This document shows, one piece after another, positions 12,972 to 25,499 of a stretch of DNA of 64,000 nucleotides; the first letter of the stretch is position 1, and each line of letters starts with the position of its first letter. The notes beneath the pieces were generated by a model. That model worked only from the letters and a program-made list of their open reading frames with translations, searched no databases and was not told the DNA's origin. Made by a program: the position numbers and the translations under genes. Source of the DNA: Cyanophora paradoxa CCMP329 (lineage: Eukaryota > Plantae > Glaucophyta); contig QPMI01000132.1 of the NCBI GenBank assembly GCA_004431415.1, forward strand, positions 4,836 to 68,835, in the 5' to 3' direction.

Positions 12972-14236
12972 CTAGGTCTTCGACTCGCCGCCTCCCCCTG
13001 CTCGTCTCAGGATGTGCAAGGTGGGGTCTAAACTACAGACTCTAGCTGAAAGACAGCATCTGAAGGTATACGTAGCAGCTGAACGTTCGCTAGGCGTAGG
13101 GCTGGGCCGCCCGGCGGCGAGCCGCGCCGCCGCCCGCCGCCCCGCCGCCCCGCCCAGCGAGCCGCTCCGCCGCCCGCCGCATCCCCGCCCCGGCCGCGAG
13201 CCTCGGAGCCTCGGAGCCGCGCCGCCGCTAGCCCGCCTCCGCCCGTCCCGCGAGCCGCGCCGCCGCCCGCCGCCTCTCCGCCCCGTCCCCGAGCCGCGCC
13301 GCCGCCCGCCACGCTTCCGCCCCTGCCGGCGAGCCATGACGTCGCCCGCCGCGCCTCTGGTTTCGCCGGCGAGCCGCGCCGCCGCCGCCTCTCGCCCGTC
13401 CGCGAGCCGCGCCGCCCGCCGCCTCTCGCCCGTCCGCGAGCCGCGCCGCCGCCCGCCGCCTCTCCGCGCCGTTCCGCGAGCCGCGCCGCCGCTAGCCCGC
13501 CTCCGCCGCCGCCGGCGAGCCGCGCCGCCGCTCGCCGCATCTCCGCGCCGTCCCGCGAGCCGCGCCGCGCCCGCCGCGCCTCCGCCCCTGCCAGCGAGCC
13601 GTGCCGTCGCCCGCCGCGCCTCCGCCTGTTGTCCGCGGCCACGCCCCGCCCTTTGCCGAGCCGCCTGCGCAGCTGCCCGCTGCGCGCCCCCGCCCCATCA
13701 AGCGAGCCGCGCAGCCGCCCCCCACGCTGTCCCGCGTCCGGCGAGCTGCCGGCGGGCCGCCTCGCAGCGCCTCCTGGCCATATGCAAGCGCACCGTTTGC
13801 AGTTGTGGCCGACTGCAAGGCATCCGTCATGACCGCCCATCGCCCGGCGCTGCGGCATATGCATCGGCCATGTCATACTGCGGAGCGCGCGACGTCGCGC
13901 CGCGCCCGAATAGGAGCCTCGGAGCTAGCCTAGTAGTGGGACTTGTGGGAGCTGCATGCGCTGCGATGGTCGCGGCCGGTTCGGGCAGTACTAGTTGCGG
14001 CGGGTTCGACGGGCCGTTGCGGCGACGTATTTAGCTAGGAGCTAGCTGCGCCGCGGCGCGGCGACGGTGCGGTGATCATGAGCCGACCTATCTAGCTAGG
14101 AGCTAGCGGCCGGGGTACTTCAAAAACATTTCGACGACGGAAAAAAGACCGACTTGCGAACTGGCCGACTTGGACAGCGTGACAGACAATCCGACGGGTA
14201 GCAAGGGGGGTTTGAGCAGCTGACCCCCCCTTGCAA
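12972..14236 (-). mobile_element. Non-autonomous Helitron2-like element (family H2)
   Basis: 14-bp asymmetric inverted repeat (13015-13028 TGCAAGGTGGGGTC vs 14222-14235; 13/14 match); terminal hairpin GCAAGGGGGG...CCCCCCTTGC; CTAG|T at the opposite end; same internal GC minisatellite as H1. Confidence 0.6.
13105..13770. repeat. GC-rich degenerate minisatellite (GAGCCGCGCCGCCGCCCGCCGC-like unit)
   Basis: Many imperfect tandem copies; the same motif occurs at 19920-20250. Confidence 0.8.
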
Positions 14237-14289
14237 TTTCCTCATGATCACGAGAATCGCATCCAGAGAGTTTATTCCTCGAGGCGCCG

Positions 14290-15183
14290 GCGGGGGCAGG
14301 ATCGGAGAGCGCGCGCGGCCGGCGGAGGCCCTGAGGCGGGCAAGGCCTAGGGCGGGCCGGGGCGGGGCGGGGCGGACCGAGGCGGGCGGGGCGGGGCGGG
14401 AGGGCGGGCGGGGCGGACCGGCGGCGCGGGCGCCGTCGGGGCGGTGCCGACGGCGAGGCCGAGCGCCTCCGCCATCCGCCGCAGCATCAGCACGTTCGTC
14501 TGCGCCCCGCCCGGCCCTGCTCGGCCCCGCCCGGCGCAAGCCTCGGGGCGGGGCGGACCGGCATGTCGTCGACGACGAGGGCCCAGGGCGGGCCCTCGGG
14601 CGGCCGGCCCCAGGGCGGCGGGGGCGGCGGGGGAGGGCGGGGCGGGGGAGCCCTCTCCCCACGCTGGCGAGCCGCTTGACGGCTCCTCCGCCCCTGCAGC
14701 CTGCCACGCCGTCAGCGGCGGCTGGCGACGGGGCGGGGCGGGGCGGCGGGCCTGGCGGCGAGGGCGCGGGCGAGCTGGGAGGGGCGGACGGGGAGCAGCA
14801 CGCCGGCCCGCGGGCGCCCGGGGCCAGCGCCTCGTGGTCCGACTCGCACACGGGCACCTGGCCGGCGTCGCCGGCGGCGGCGGGGGCGCGGCGGCGCGGC
14901 CGCACCTCGAGCGCGCCGTCGGCGGCCGCGGGCGGGCGGGGGCTCGGGGCCGAGCGACGCCCGCCGGCGCTCCACGAGGAGGAGGCGGGGCCCGGGCGGC
15001 GCCTCGGGCCAGGGCCCTCGGGGGGCGCCCCACTGCTGGAGGTAGTACGCGAGGACCTGCGGGGGCGGTGGGGCGGGGCGGGGCTGGCGGGGCCGATGCC
15101 CCGCGGGGCGGACCTCGGCGTGGGCGGCGAGGCGCGGCGCGAGGGCCACGCGGCCGGCGGCCCCCGCGAGGTCGGGCCACGGC

Positions 15184-15221
<38 letters not shown>

Positions 15222-16240
15222 CTCGGGCCCGGGCCCGGGCTCGGGGCTGGGGGCGAGGCGGACGGTGGCCCAGAACTCGGCGCCGCAGCCCTCCTCCGAG
15301 GCGACCCCACGCGCCCGCCCATCGCCTCCGCCAGCCGCTTCGTGATCGCCAGCCCTGCGCCCCGTCGGCCGCCGGGCGCGGGCCGGGGCGGGGCGGGGCG
15401 GGGCGGGGCGGACCGAGGCCGGTGCCCTCGAACATGCGGGCGGAGGGGCGGGAGGGCCCGAGCTGCGAGAAGGGCCGGAAGAGGAGCCGCTGCAGCTCCG
15501 AGGGGACCCCCTCCCTGCGCCCCGTCACCGGCGGCCGGCGGGGGCGGCGGGGCCGTCGGGGCACCCGTTGTCGCGGACGGAGACGCGGAAGGCGGCCTCG
15601 CCGGGGCCCTCCGCCGGCCCCAGCGCCGCCAGGCGCAGCTCCACGCGCCCGCCCCGCGGGCTGAACTTGATCCCGTTCGAGAGATAGTTCATCACCTGCC
15701 GGCCGCGGCGCGCTCAGCGGGGGCGCGCGGGGCGGGCGGGGCGGCGGGAGAGGGGCGCGCGATGCGGCGGAAGGCGACAACGTCGCCGACGACGGCGCGC
15801 GGGACCGCCGGCGGCACGAAGAGCAGCACGTCTGCGCCGCCGTGCCCGTCGGCTGGGCCGCGCCGGGGCGCACGCGCGGGGCGCCCCCGCGCGCACCGAT
15901 CTCCTTGCCCCGCGCCGTTTGGGCCGACATGAGCACCGTCTCTGCCGGCGCGGTCGGCTTCGCGAGGGGCGCGGGGGCGGGGCGGGGGTACCCTCGAGGA
16001 CGTCGACGGGGTCAAAGGGTGTACCCTCCTCGAGCCCGCTGTACTCCAGAATCTGGGGGCCGCGGGGGGACGTCGGAGGGGGGGGGGGAAGGCGGGGCGG
16101 GCGGACGGGGCGGGGGTACGGAGTTCATGAGGGAGAGGAGGACGGAGCCGGCGGAGCCGATGTTGGCGACGTACTCGCGCTGCTCCTCCGAGAGCGCCGT
16201 CTCCGCCAGCAGCTCGTGCATCCCCAGGATCCCTTCACTG
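14290..16240 (-). pseudogene. Intron-containing hybrid histidine kinase (partial HisKA, HATPase_c, truncated receiver), probably incomplete
   Basis: Exons encode GILGMHELLAETALSEEQREYV, N-box VMNYLSNGIKFS, G1 VRDNG, F-box LFRPFSQ, G2 GTGLG/LAITKRLAEAMGG and receiver start LVVDD..TNVLMLRRMAEALG. H-box His and phospho-acceptor Asp not found. Confidence 0.75.
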
Positions 16241-17507
16241 CGCCCCGTCCCGGCCCCACACGATGCCACACCGCGCGCGCCGAATCGGAAGCCAGTCAAG
16301 CGCGCGGCGAGGATGCTGGCGCCTGCGCCGCGGCCGACACGTTCTGCGGAGGTGGGGCAGTCAATAAATGCGCGCGCATGGCTCGCCGACCCCAGCGCGT
16401 ACCGTCGACGTCAACATCATGAAGATCGCCTAGGCCTGCACATGTCAGCTGCAGCGCAGTCCCAGGCGCCGGCGCCCCTGCGGAGTCGAGATCGCCAGTG
16501 TGAGGACATGACGAGAATATGCATGCCTTCGCGCGTACGTGCGGATTGGAGAAGCAGTTGCAAGGCGAGACGCCCGGCCGCGGCCGCGGAGAGGGCGCCG
16601 CGCGCGGAGCTCCCACTCCGCTGCGGGATCGCGGCCTCCGCCTCCGCAGGCGCACTGGCCGGCGCCGGCTCCACTCCGCATCTACGGCGCGCCGTCGTTG
16701 CGGTTGCCGCGTGCGCTCGTCGCGGTGCGCGGCGCCAGCGGGGCACGGGCAGCGAGCTCAAACTGCACCAACTCGACCGGACTTGGGATTTCATGATCAC
16801 GATCAAACTCGATCGGGCGGTCAGCGTGCCTACCACGAGATCGACACGTATCCCCCCGCAGGCTCACCCCCAGAGTCGACCTAGAGATCAGCGCCCAGCA
16901 GCCGCAGCTGCAGGAAGCGAGGGGCGAGCCAGGCAAGCAGATCGAAAACCACTAGCCAGGCGACTGGGAGCTTTGCGAGGTCGCGGTCGCATCAAGGTGC
17001 GAGGCGAATGTGGGCAGAACGGTAGCTCTGGGGCGCCGCGCGCGCGATCCGTTCGCGGCAATCCGCTCTCAGTGGCCTTAGCTAGTGAATCGTGTGAGTC
17101 CGCCACTCCCTGGCGTCGCCGCCGCGCGCCGCGGCGCGGGCCGCGGCCGTCGCGTGCCGCCGACTCAACCAGACGCTGGCCGCGGCCATGCGCGCGCTGA
17201 AGCATACTCTAATGCACGCACGCTGTCGACAACGCCGGCGCCGCGCGCTGCGCCGGCGCCGCGGCCGCGGAATTCGAAGCTAACGCGTAATTGGACTGCA
17301 TGCGCCAGGCGCCGTCCAGGTTTAGGCTTCGAGTTCGCGGCCGGAGTCAAGACAGAAGTAGCTCTTTACTTGCGCCGTGCGCCGGGCCTACGCGTGGACC
17401 GGGCCTTGCAATTGCGCGCGGCGCTTCCAATCGGGTGAGTGTGCAATTGCAAGTTCCTCCTCAGTGCGGCCTTAAGCTTCTAGCTTGCCAGCCTTAAGGT
17501 CTCCTCC

Positions 17508-20500
17508 ATGCCCAGCTTGCCAGGTTGATTTATGAGGCAGCAGGCCTGGGAGCACCACAAGCAGTGGTCGTGGAGCCGCGCGTACTAGTGACGCAGAATC
17601 GACTTCACGTGTGCATGTATGCGTACAGAGCTGGCGCTAGCTCTGGCCATGGAAGCAGGTCCGCGGACGCTGTGCCAGCTGCAGCTGCAGGCCTCGGCCC
17701 GGCACCTCCGACTGCGCCGGCGTCAGCTTCATCGTCCCGCCCCGCTGATCAACCTCGTCCGCCGGTTCGTCAAGCCTATCTTCCCTCTAGATATCCGTTC
17801 ATTTCGAGCTCTAGATGTAGATTCCTGTTCTCATTCTTCAACTCGTTTATCTTCGATCTTTCTTAATTCGTCATTCTTCTCCATTACTCGAACCTGTCTC
17901 ATGCCTTGATCATGAGCTCGTAATTGTAATCAATTTGTGCAGGTCCGAGATAAACATGCCCAATCTTGCTTCTGGTGGGGCTCCCGCGCAAAGAATGTAA
18001 TATCCTCTCCTGAGTTCCCACTCGTGCACTTGTGATTTGCACATGTTATGATCAGCTGAATTTGTCGCAGTGCCGCACGCCGGGCTCGACCAACCTCGCC
18101 ACGGCCGAGAGAGACCGGCTTCGGGACATCTGCATTGTCGCGTGCCAGGAGCTTGACAGGCACGAGCGCATTCCCAGCGCGCTGTGCATGTCGGACGACT
18201 TGCTCGCAAACCCGCGCTCCCGTGCGTACACGTCTAATTTTGTGTCTATTCGGCCGCCGGGCATAAATTTCGTTTATACGTTGGTATAGGTTTATTTGTT
18301 AATGGTTCCTGTCCTCACCCGCTCAGCTGCAGATAACGAAAAGATGCCGTTTGTTCAAGCGATTCGAGATGGGAAGCTCTCCGTTTTAAAGGGCGAGGAC
18401 CCGTGGAGCGCTGTCCGGGGCTTCCTCAGGGGCATCGGCGCCGTGCCGCAGGACAGCTGGAGCAGGAAACCGTCAACACCGGGACAATTGATTGGAATCT
18501 CGCGGCGCCGGAGCGGGTTTCAGGGCCGCTTTATCTGGCACGGGCGCGAGGTGCAACCTAAAGTTTACGCTTAATTATAACGTCCAAGTTCGAGCGTAGC
18601 TCTCATGCCGATCAACGCTCGCGCAGGTCTCGACGCCGCGCTTCCATACGAAAGAGGTGAATTCGTGATTATAAATTAGCCGAACTTCGGAATTCTCGAC
18701 TGGCTATTTGTTGATTATAAAACAGGAAGCCGCTGAAGTCCGGGATCGCCTCATTATTATCTGCAAGTTCGTCGAGGAGAAGTCCGGCCAGCAGCCACGC
18801 CTGCGGGGCGACAGAATGAACTACCCTCGCTCGGGTGCGTGTGGAACAAAGTTCTCGTTTCTGATGCAGGCTCGAGCTCTAGACCTGAAGCTCGAGCGTT
18901 GCGCGCAGACTACGAGGGGGACGCCTTCTTTCTCGCACTCCAGCGGGGCGAGCTCGGACTCGCTTCGTCCGCTGCGCTCAGCCGCGCCGACGATCACCGC
19001 GACCGCGTCTACTCTTTCCTCGAGCGCCACGGCGGATGCACACCTCGCCGGAAGCTTAAGGTTCCTATTAATTCGATGAATCCTGATCATCTTCTTTCAT
19101 TAATATATTCGCTTCGAATTACTTTCCTGTCTCTGCTGATCATGAGCCCTGGCTTGCCAGCGCGCATCTGGTTGCACCAACACGCGCGCGGGTGAAAACG
19201 AGCACGCGGATGTTCAGGAAGAGGAGGAGGAAGAGGGGGAAGAGGATGAGGATGAGGATGAGGGGGAGGAGGAGGAGGAGGAGGAGTGCGGGGAACAGGA
19301 GAAGCTGGAGGAGGAGGCGGAGGGGGCGCGCCGCGTTCACGTTGGCGCGTCTGCAGCTGGGTTTCGTGGACTCGAGCTCCTCTCAAGGAACCACTTCTGG
19401 CGCGGGACTTTCAGATGGCGTCGCGCGACATTCACTTTGACGTCCTCTTTCGATGCTGAGGTTCGTCAATCTTTAAGATGCAAATGCGCATGCTGCAGTG
19501 GGAAATTTAAAAAGCATTTACGCAAATATCAATGCTGAAACGCGAGCTCTCTGTCGCATGTGCACAGGAAGCGGCCCTTTGCCGCGACCGGGCGATCATC
19601 TGCTGCCAGTGGCTCGATGAGCACGACGGCGTCGCCCCGCGGGACCGCATCCTGGACGCCCAACTGAACTTCCCCCGGTCCGGTGCGCCGACTTATTCAT
19701 TCACATTTCAATATATATATGAACGGAACAGGGACACTGCAGTTGCACTGCCCCTGTTGGAGGGGAAGGACCTCTAAAGGTCAAGCAGGAAAGTTCACCC
19801 CTGTAGCTGGTCACGTTAGCTTTGAGCCGAGATAGTGTGGACTCTGATAACAGCTCGGTGCTTTTTTCAGAAGTGGGGGAGGACGAGATCTAGCTCAGCG
19901 GAGGACTAGAGCTTCAGAAGCGCCGCCGCCCGCCGCGCCTCCGCCGCGGCGCCCCGCCCTGCGAGCTGCGCCGGCGTCGCCCCCGCGGCAGAACGCGCCT
20001 CCGCCCTGCCCGTCGAGACGCGCCGCCGCCCGCCGTGCCTCCGCCCCGCCCGGATAGCCGCTCTGCCGCCCGAAGCGCCTCCCGTCCCGCCGGCGAGCTG
20101 CGCCGCCGCCCGCCGCGCCTCCGCCCCGCCCGGCGAGCCGCGCCGGCGCCGCGCCCGCCGCGCCTCCGCCTCGAGCGGCGAGCCGCGCCGCCGCCCGCTG
20201 CGCCTCCGCCCCGAGGAGCGGGAGGAGCCCGGCGGCCGCGCCGCCGCGCCGGCGTTGGCCGGGCGCGGGCGGAGGCTAGCTATAGGCGCAGCGCTAGCGG
20301 CAGGCGCTTAGCGCGTACGCGGCGGAGGCCGAGGTCTTGGAGGTGATGTGATGCTTGCTTGTGGTTCGACCCGGTCGATTGCATGCGGGTGCAAGACTGA
20401 GGGTGGCAAGCATGAGTCGAGCAATTGCAACCGGACCCTTCCCCGCGGCAGAGGAAGCGACGAGCACAGCCGTGCAGCATGCGCACCGATGGAACAGATG

Positions 20501-23500
20501 CGATGTTGATGCCCATGGCCAGCTGCGACGCTCGCTGCTGTGTCTCGCGGGAAGTGAGAGGGCGCTCAGGCCTAGGCCTAGGACGGCGCGCGCGGCGGGC
20601 ATGCGCAGCCGGAGGTGGACGAGTTCGTACCTGGTGCGGCCGGAATCGGTGGAGCGTGGAGCGTGGAAGCGCCGACGGCGAGCGCACGAGCGAGCGCACG
20701 AGTGAGGCTCGAGCGGCCCGGCCCGGGCGAGCGATCCGATCGATGCAGCAGAGCAGAACCTCGGCGCTCACTCGCCGTGGTCGGTACGATGTCGACGGAC
20801 GCCACGCGCGCGCGGAAGTCCAACAAGCCGATAGCCGGTGCTCAGCTAGTTGGCCAGCTAGCGAGCCTGTCGGCTAGCTTGCCGGCTTAAAGCACGGGTA
20901 CTGCAACACGATATCGCCTCCAACTCTCAGGAGCGATTTTTTTTCAGCGTCCGGTACAACAGGTACTTGAGGCGGCCTAGCGGGCCACCCTGTGCCCTCC
21001 GGTCTCGGCATGTATGACATGAATCGTTGGGCGTATCAGGCGCATTCAGGCGCACTCGGTCCGGCAGATATACCGCCACTTGGTGAGGCGCTAGATTGCA
21101 TTTTCCGAAAATGTGTTATTGCCCATTCCAGGTTGACCCGACGGGACCCGGATCTCCCAGTACACGTTTTTGGACTCCTAGGGACATGCCTTGCTAGGAT
21201 CCGGCGAGAAAACCCGGGTTTTGGGAGGTCGGGACATTTCATTTTGGCCTAGGGTGGGCACCCGAACACCCCCAAGTGGGGGAAGGGGAAGGGGGTCCTT
21301 CCCCAATATATACAGATTCAGAGTTTGATTACCTTGGCCTCGCAATCGTGCAGATTTTGAAGAAGAGCGGTTCTATGTCGATCTACAGGCTGGCAAGCTG
21401 GCGGAAGACATTGCGGCCAATCGCAATGTCGAAGCAACGTTAACGGTTTGGTCGATCCGCGAGTCGATCCGCAAGTTCCTTGAACTCCGAGGAGCGTATC
21501 AATCTCTCGTGCGCCCCGTTTCGGATAGATATTCATCTTCATATCTTGCTGTCAGATTTAACCGTCATGGGGCGCGCGGACATGGGAAGAGAAAGCGGCC
21601 GCAATCGCAAAAGCCGGCCATCGATCTGGACGAAGAAGAAGGTCAGCTCGAGGGTGGTGATCGCGGGGACCAAGACGATCAGGACGAGGAAGAGGACGTT
21701 GCTGCCGCCGACAGCGCTAGCTGTGGTGAGCAAGATCCAGATCATGCTTATGAGCAGCAAACGCTGTGCTAACCGCCCGGTCAATCGATATCGGCATTGC
21801 ATTGCGATCGCAGCTACAAAACCTTTCAATTGCAAGGGTATTCGGAACGACAAGGCGAGATTCCCCGGCTACTTTCATTGGAGGGACATACAGTTCAGCA
21901 CGCCGGGCGTCTACACCAACCTCGAGGTCCGCCCCGTTGTCGAGCTATCGTGCATCATGGCATCATGTCTTCGTCATGAAATTATTTACTGATGACTCTT
22001 TGGCTGATGACGGTACCGGCGCGCGCTGCGGCAGGACACCGCGCGGCTTCGGGACCGCTACATTCTTGCGTGCCAGCAGCTCGACAGACTGCAGGGCGTC
22101 GCGCCAGTGCTCTCCTCCAAGACGATGAACTTCCCATGCACCGGTGCGCAGAAGCTGCGTGCAGGTGCCAGGTCTAGGGCGGTCAGCCCTTTGCAATTGC
22201 CGACGTCCGGATCCCGCGCAGACTACGAGGGCGAGGAGTTCTTCGGGGCGCTGCAGCGCTGGCAGCTCAAGGAGCCTGCAGCGGACTGCTCGGACACATA
22301 TGCCGCCGCTCGTCTCGTCCGCCAGTTCCTCGCGAAGATGGGCGTCGCATCGACGGTGCCCTTCAGCTTGCCGTTGTTCATGCCTGTGATCGGCCTTATA
22401 TAAAATTTCTCTTAGTCGCCACGCGGCCTGACCACGACCGCCGCGAAGCCCGGCTCCGTCAGGCGCAGAGCAGGGCGTGCGAAGGCTCCCGACGTCGAGG
22501 ATACCGGTGCAACGTCGGGCGACGGCGAGGACCTCGAAGAGGGCGAGGACGCGCCGTTGGAAGAGTCCGGTGCGCGTGCGGGCCGCTCGAAACAGCACGA
22601 TCAAAGCGAACTGCAGCTGAGATTTTCGACTTTATTTTGTTTCTGCAGAAGACGTCGCAAGGCGCTGGAGCGACTTGTATAAGCGCGGACAGGTATACAA
22701 GAGCTAGCCGTGTTTATCGACATCCAATTGCGAATTAAATCCTTGCCATTCATTTGCGCCCGCAGAGAGTTGTGGACTGCGTTGTCAAGCTTGACAACGA
22801 CTACTTCGCTGCTTTCTTCCTCGAGGACGTGAAGGCGTGTGCACGTGCATGTGTCTTCGAATTCGGCGGTTCTGCGAAACTCGAGCATCCTTTTTGCTGA
22901 CCCGTCAGCGCCGGCGCCGCAGGTCATCTCCCCGCCGCTGGCGTCGGTGGACGACGCGCTGCGCTTCCTCGACCGCTGCCGCATCGCGTGGTTCGGCCCG
23001 GACGGCGAGAGCCGCTACGGGATGGAGACCCACTTCCCCAAGACAGGTAAATTTGTGTATTGACGTTCGCGATATGCGACATCGTCCCCAAGCGATTTAA
23101 AAATTAAACAATATCCACACCTTTCTCCAGAATACACGTCCGAGTCCTGGTACAAGAAGCTCTTCACGGGACCCAAGAAGCAGCGCCTGAAGATAGGGGA
23201 CAACGACCCGGACTGGGACGAGGACCACGCCGCCGCCGTCGACAGAATGCTCGCCTTCATCGTGGACGAGCTCGGGGTGCCTTCAGTTTTCACGCCATCG
23301 CAATATTTAATGCGCGGCCGGGCGGGGGGGTCTGACACGGCTTTCACGCAGCTCGCGCTCGATGGCGAGCAGCAGTCGACCCAGCCCGAGGGCTCGAGCT
23401 CCTCTGCGCCGCTCCCCGCGAGCTCCTCTGCGCCGCCCCCCGCGAGCAGTGCCAGCCCGGACGGCCGCGGCGAGTCGCCCAGCGAGGGGCGTCCCGCGAA

Positions 23501-25160
23501 GAAGCAGAAGACAAGGGACTCGGCCGCGGGCTGGGGCGGCGAGCGGGCGCAGGCGCAGCTGCAGGCGGCAACGACCGGGCTTGTCTCGAACTCGGGAGCT
23601 GCTGATCGTGATCTCAGCTCCCGATCGAGTTCAGCTGCAGCCGGTGTCGCCTCGAGCTCGAGCTCGCACGCTGTGCCAAGCGCAGCGGCGTCGACGGCCC
23701 CTCCACGTCTAGCTTCAACTGCAGCCACGGATCCGAAGCCCTCTGCTCCGCATCCCGCGGTATCTCCTGCAGGAACAGTGGCGGAGCTATTGTCGGGACG
23801 AGGCCGCTGTGAGGCGGCCCCCGCCGTGTTCCATGCCCCCTTGAGCCTGCCCAGCGCCGGCGAGGCGGCCCCCCGTGCGCACGCGCCGCCGGCCCGTGCT
23901 CCTGCCTCCTTCAGCGGCGTCCCCGGCCGCGGGCCCACGGCCTGCGCCGCGATGGCGCCCGCAGCTGCGCATCCGCCCGCCCCCGCAACAACGGCCAGAG
24001 CCGCGGCTGCTCCTGGGGCGCCTCCTGCACTTTGGCTTGCGCCGGTGCCTGCAGCCGGGCCGGGCGCCTTGGCCGCCGTCGCTTCTGGCCATGCCGCGGC
24101 GGCCGCTCCTGCTCCCTCCAATATCGAGCTGGGAGGGTCCCCCGGCCCGCCTCGCCCCCGGCCCCGTCCCCGTCCCCGTCCCCGGCCCCGCCCCGCCCCA
24201 CCCCCTCCACCACCCCCGCCCCGCCTCCGCCCCTGCCCCTGCCCCCACCCCATGGCCATCCACAACCCCGCCCCCGCCCCCGCCCCTGCCCCCGCCCCCG
24301 CCCCCTCCCCCGCCCCCGCCCCGCCCCCGTTCTCGCCCCCTCCCCCGCCCCGCCCCCGCCCCCGTTCCCGCCCCCGCCCCCGCCCCGCCGTTGACCCCGC
24401 GAGTCGGGCCGCGACTCCTCTGGAGTCTGCCCCCGCGGCCGGGGCGACGGCCAGAGCCTCAGCGGCCGCGGACGTGGCGGCGGCCGCGGCCGCTCCCTCC
24501 GCCCTCAACCCCGGGTCGGTGCGCCGCGGCATCGTTCGTTTCCCCGCCGGCCATGCCGACCCCGCCGCGTTCGCGGGCCGGGCGCAGGTTCTCCAGTGGC
24601 GGGCGCCCGTGGCCCTCGAGTGGCTCGCCGCTCGCTTCCTCCTCGCGCCCCACGACCCCGCGTGCGCCCCCGGGCCCAAGTCCTCTACGTTTGGTTCATG
24701 GACGACGGAACGAGCTCGGGGCGGCGCAGGTACGGAGCGCTGCGGCGGCTGGCGCTCACGGGGCGCATGCTCCTGCTGCTCCCGGCCTCGGAGCTGCGGT
24801 CGCGGGCCTGGGCGCTGCTGAAGAAGCTGCGGGCGGAAGGTGCGGGCGCGGGCGGGGCCGATGCACACGCGCCCGACCCCGACCCCGAGCTTGAGGATCC
24901 CGGACACCCTCGAAGCGATCTTCGCCTCCCTCGACCGCGAGGTGCGCCCTTCGGTTCTACCAATTGCGTCCCTTATAATTAACCGTTGAACGCCCCAATT
25001 GCGTCCTTTTTTACCTAACTCTATGACCCTCCTCCCCCTCCGTGCAGGTGGCGCTGCTGGTGGATGAGGCGAAGGAGGCGTGCGGGGCGGGGCGCGCGCG
25101 GGACGAGATCGAGCGCCTCGACCGCGCCCGCCGCGCCGAGATCGACGCCGCAAGATCTAG
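17508..25160 (+). CDS. Multi-exon gene: five divergent AP2-like DNA-binding modules, Pro/Ala-rich linker, small C-terminal globular domain (ends approximate)
   Basis: Spliced exons give GISRRRSGFQGRFIWHGRE-VSTPRFHTKE-EAAEVRD...MNYP; GFRGL..FWRGTFRW..SFDAE-EAALCRDRA...LNFP; CKGIRNDK..YFHW..VYTNLE-DTARLRD...MNFP; plus two more divergent copies. These match the AP2 pattern YRGV..W....F.T.EEAA.AYD.....LNFP. Confidence 0.7.
19721..21306 (-). mobile_element. Full-length non-autonomous Helitron2/Helentron-like element (H1) in an intron of the AP2 gene
   Basis: 11-bp asymmetric TIR (19762-19772 / 21294-21304); 5' hairpin GGGGAAGG-GGGT-CCTTCCCC overlapping the TIR; 3' hairpin 19727-19758 just outside the TIR; flanked by (TA)n; second copy at 12379-12764. 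Confidence 0.75.
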
Positions 25161-25201
25161 ACGTGCACGTACATGCACATGTACATTCATAATAATCGGC
25201 C

Positions 25202-25484
25202 TGTCGCGTGCGAGATTAGTGTGTCTAATCGTGCGCGCGAGAAGCCCGTGCGGAGTGCAAGCTCGGCAGGGCGGGGTTTGGCGAGTGCTGCTGCTGTTAG
25301 CCACCGTGATGGTAGACTGAGGGTGTACCCGTCCAACTACGGCGTACCCCGACACACGCATACAAATGACCGCGGCGCTCTAACTAGCCTAGGCGCCGTC
25401 GGCCTAGCAGCACGAAGGCTGCATACATCATCTAGAGCCCTAGCGGCTCACAATCGAGCATCCACTGTAAAGTCGGATGCGACA
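25202..25484 (-). repeat. 3' LTR of element B
   Basis: Identical to 48131-48413. Confidence 0.97.
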
Positions 25485-25499
25485 ACTCCTCCTCTCGGA
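25485..25499 (-). promoter_or_regulatory. Polypurine tract of element B (TCCGAGAGGAGGAGT)
   Basis: Purine-rich tract abutting the 3' LTR on the element's sense strand. Confidence 0.9.

Noticed and set aside
13012-16015. Long Arg/Pro/Ala/Gly-rich ORFs (e.g. 13012-14034, 14244-15932)
   Set aside because: Artefacts of extreme GC content and minisatellites; the real coding signal is the spliced minus-strand kinase.
12379-20101. Long-TIR DNA transposon bounded by the ~385-bp inverted repeat
   Set aside because: The repeats are two separate copies of the H1 element. The right copy continues to 21306 with its own terminus and sits in an intron.
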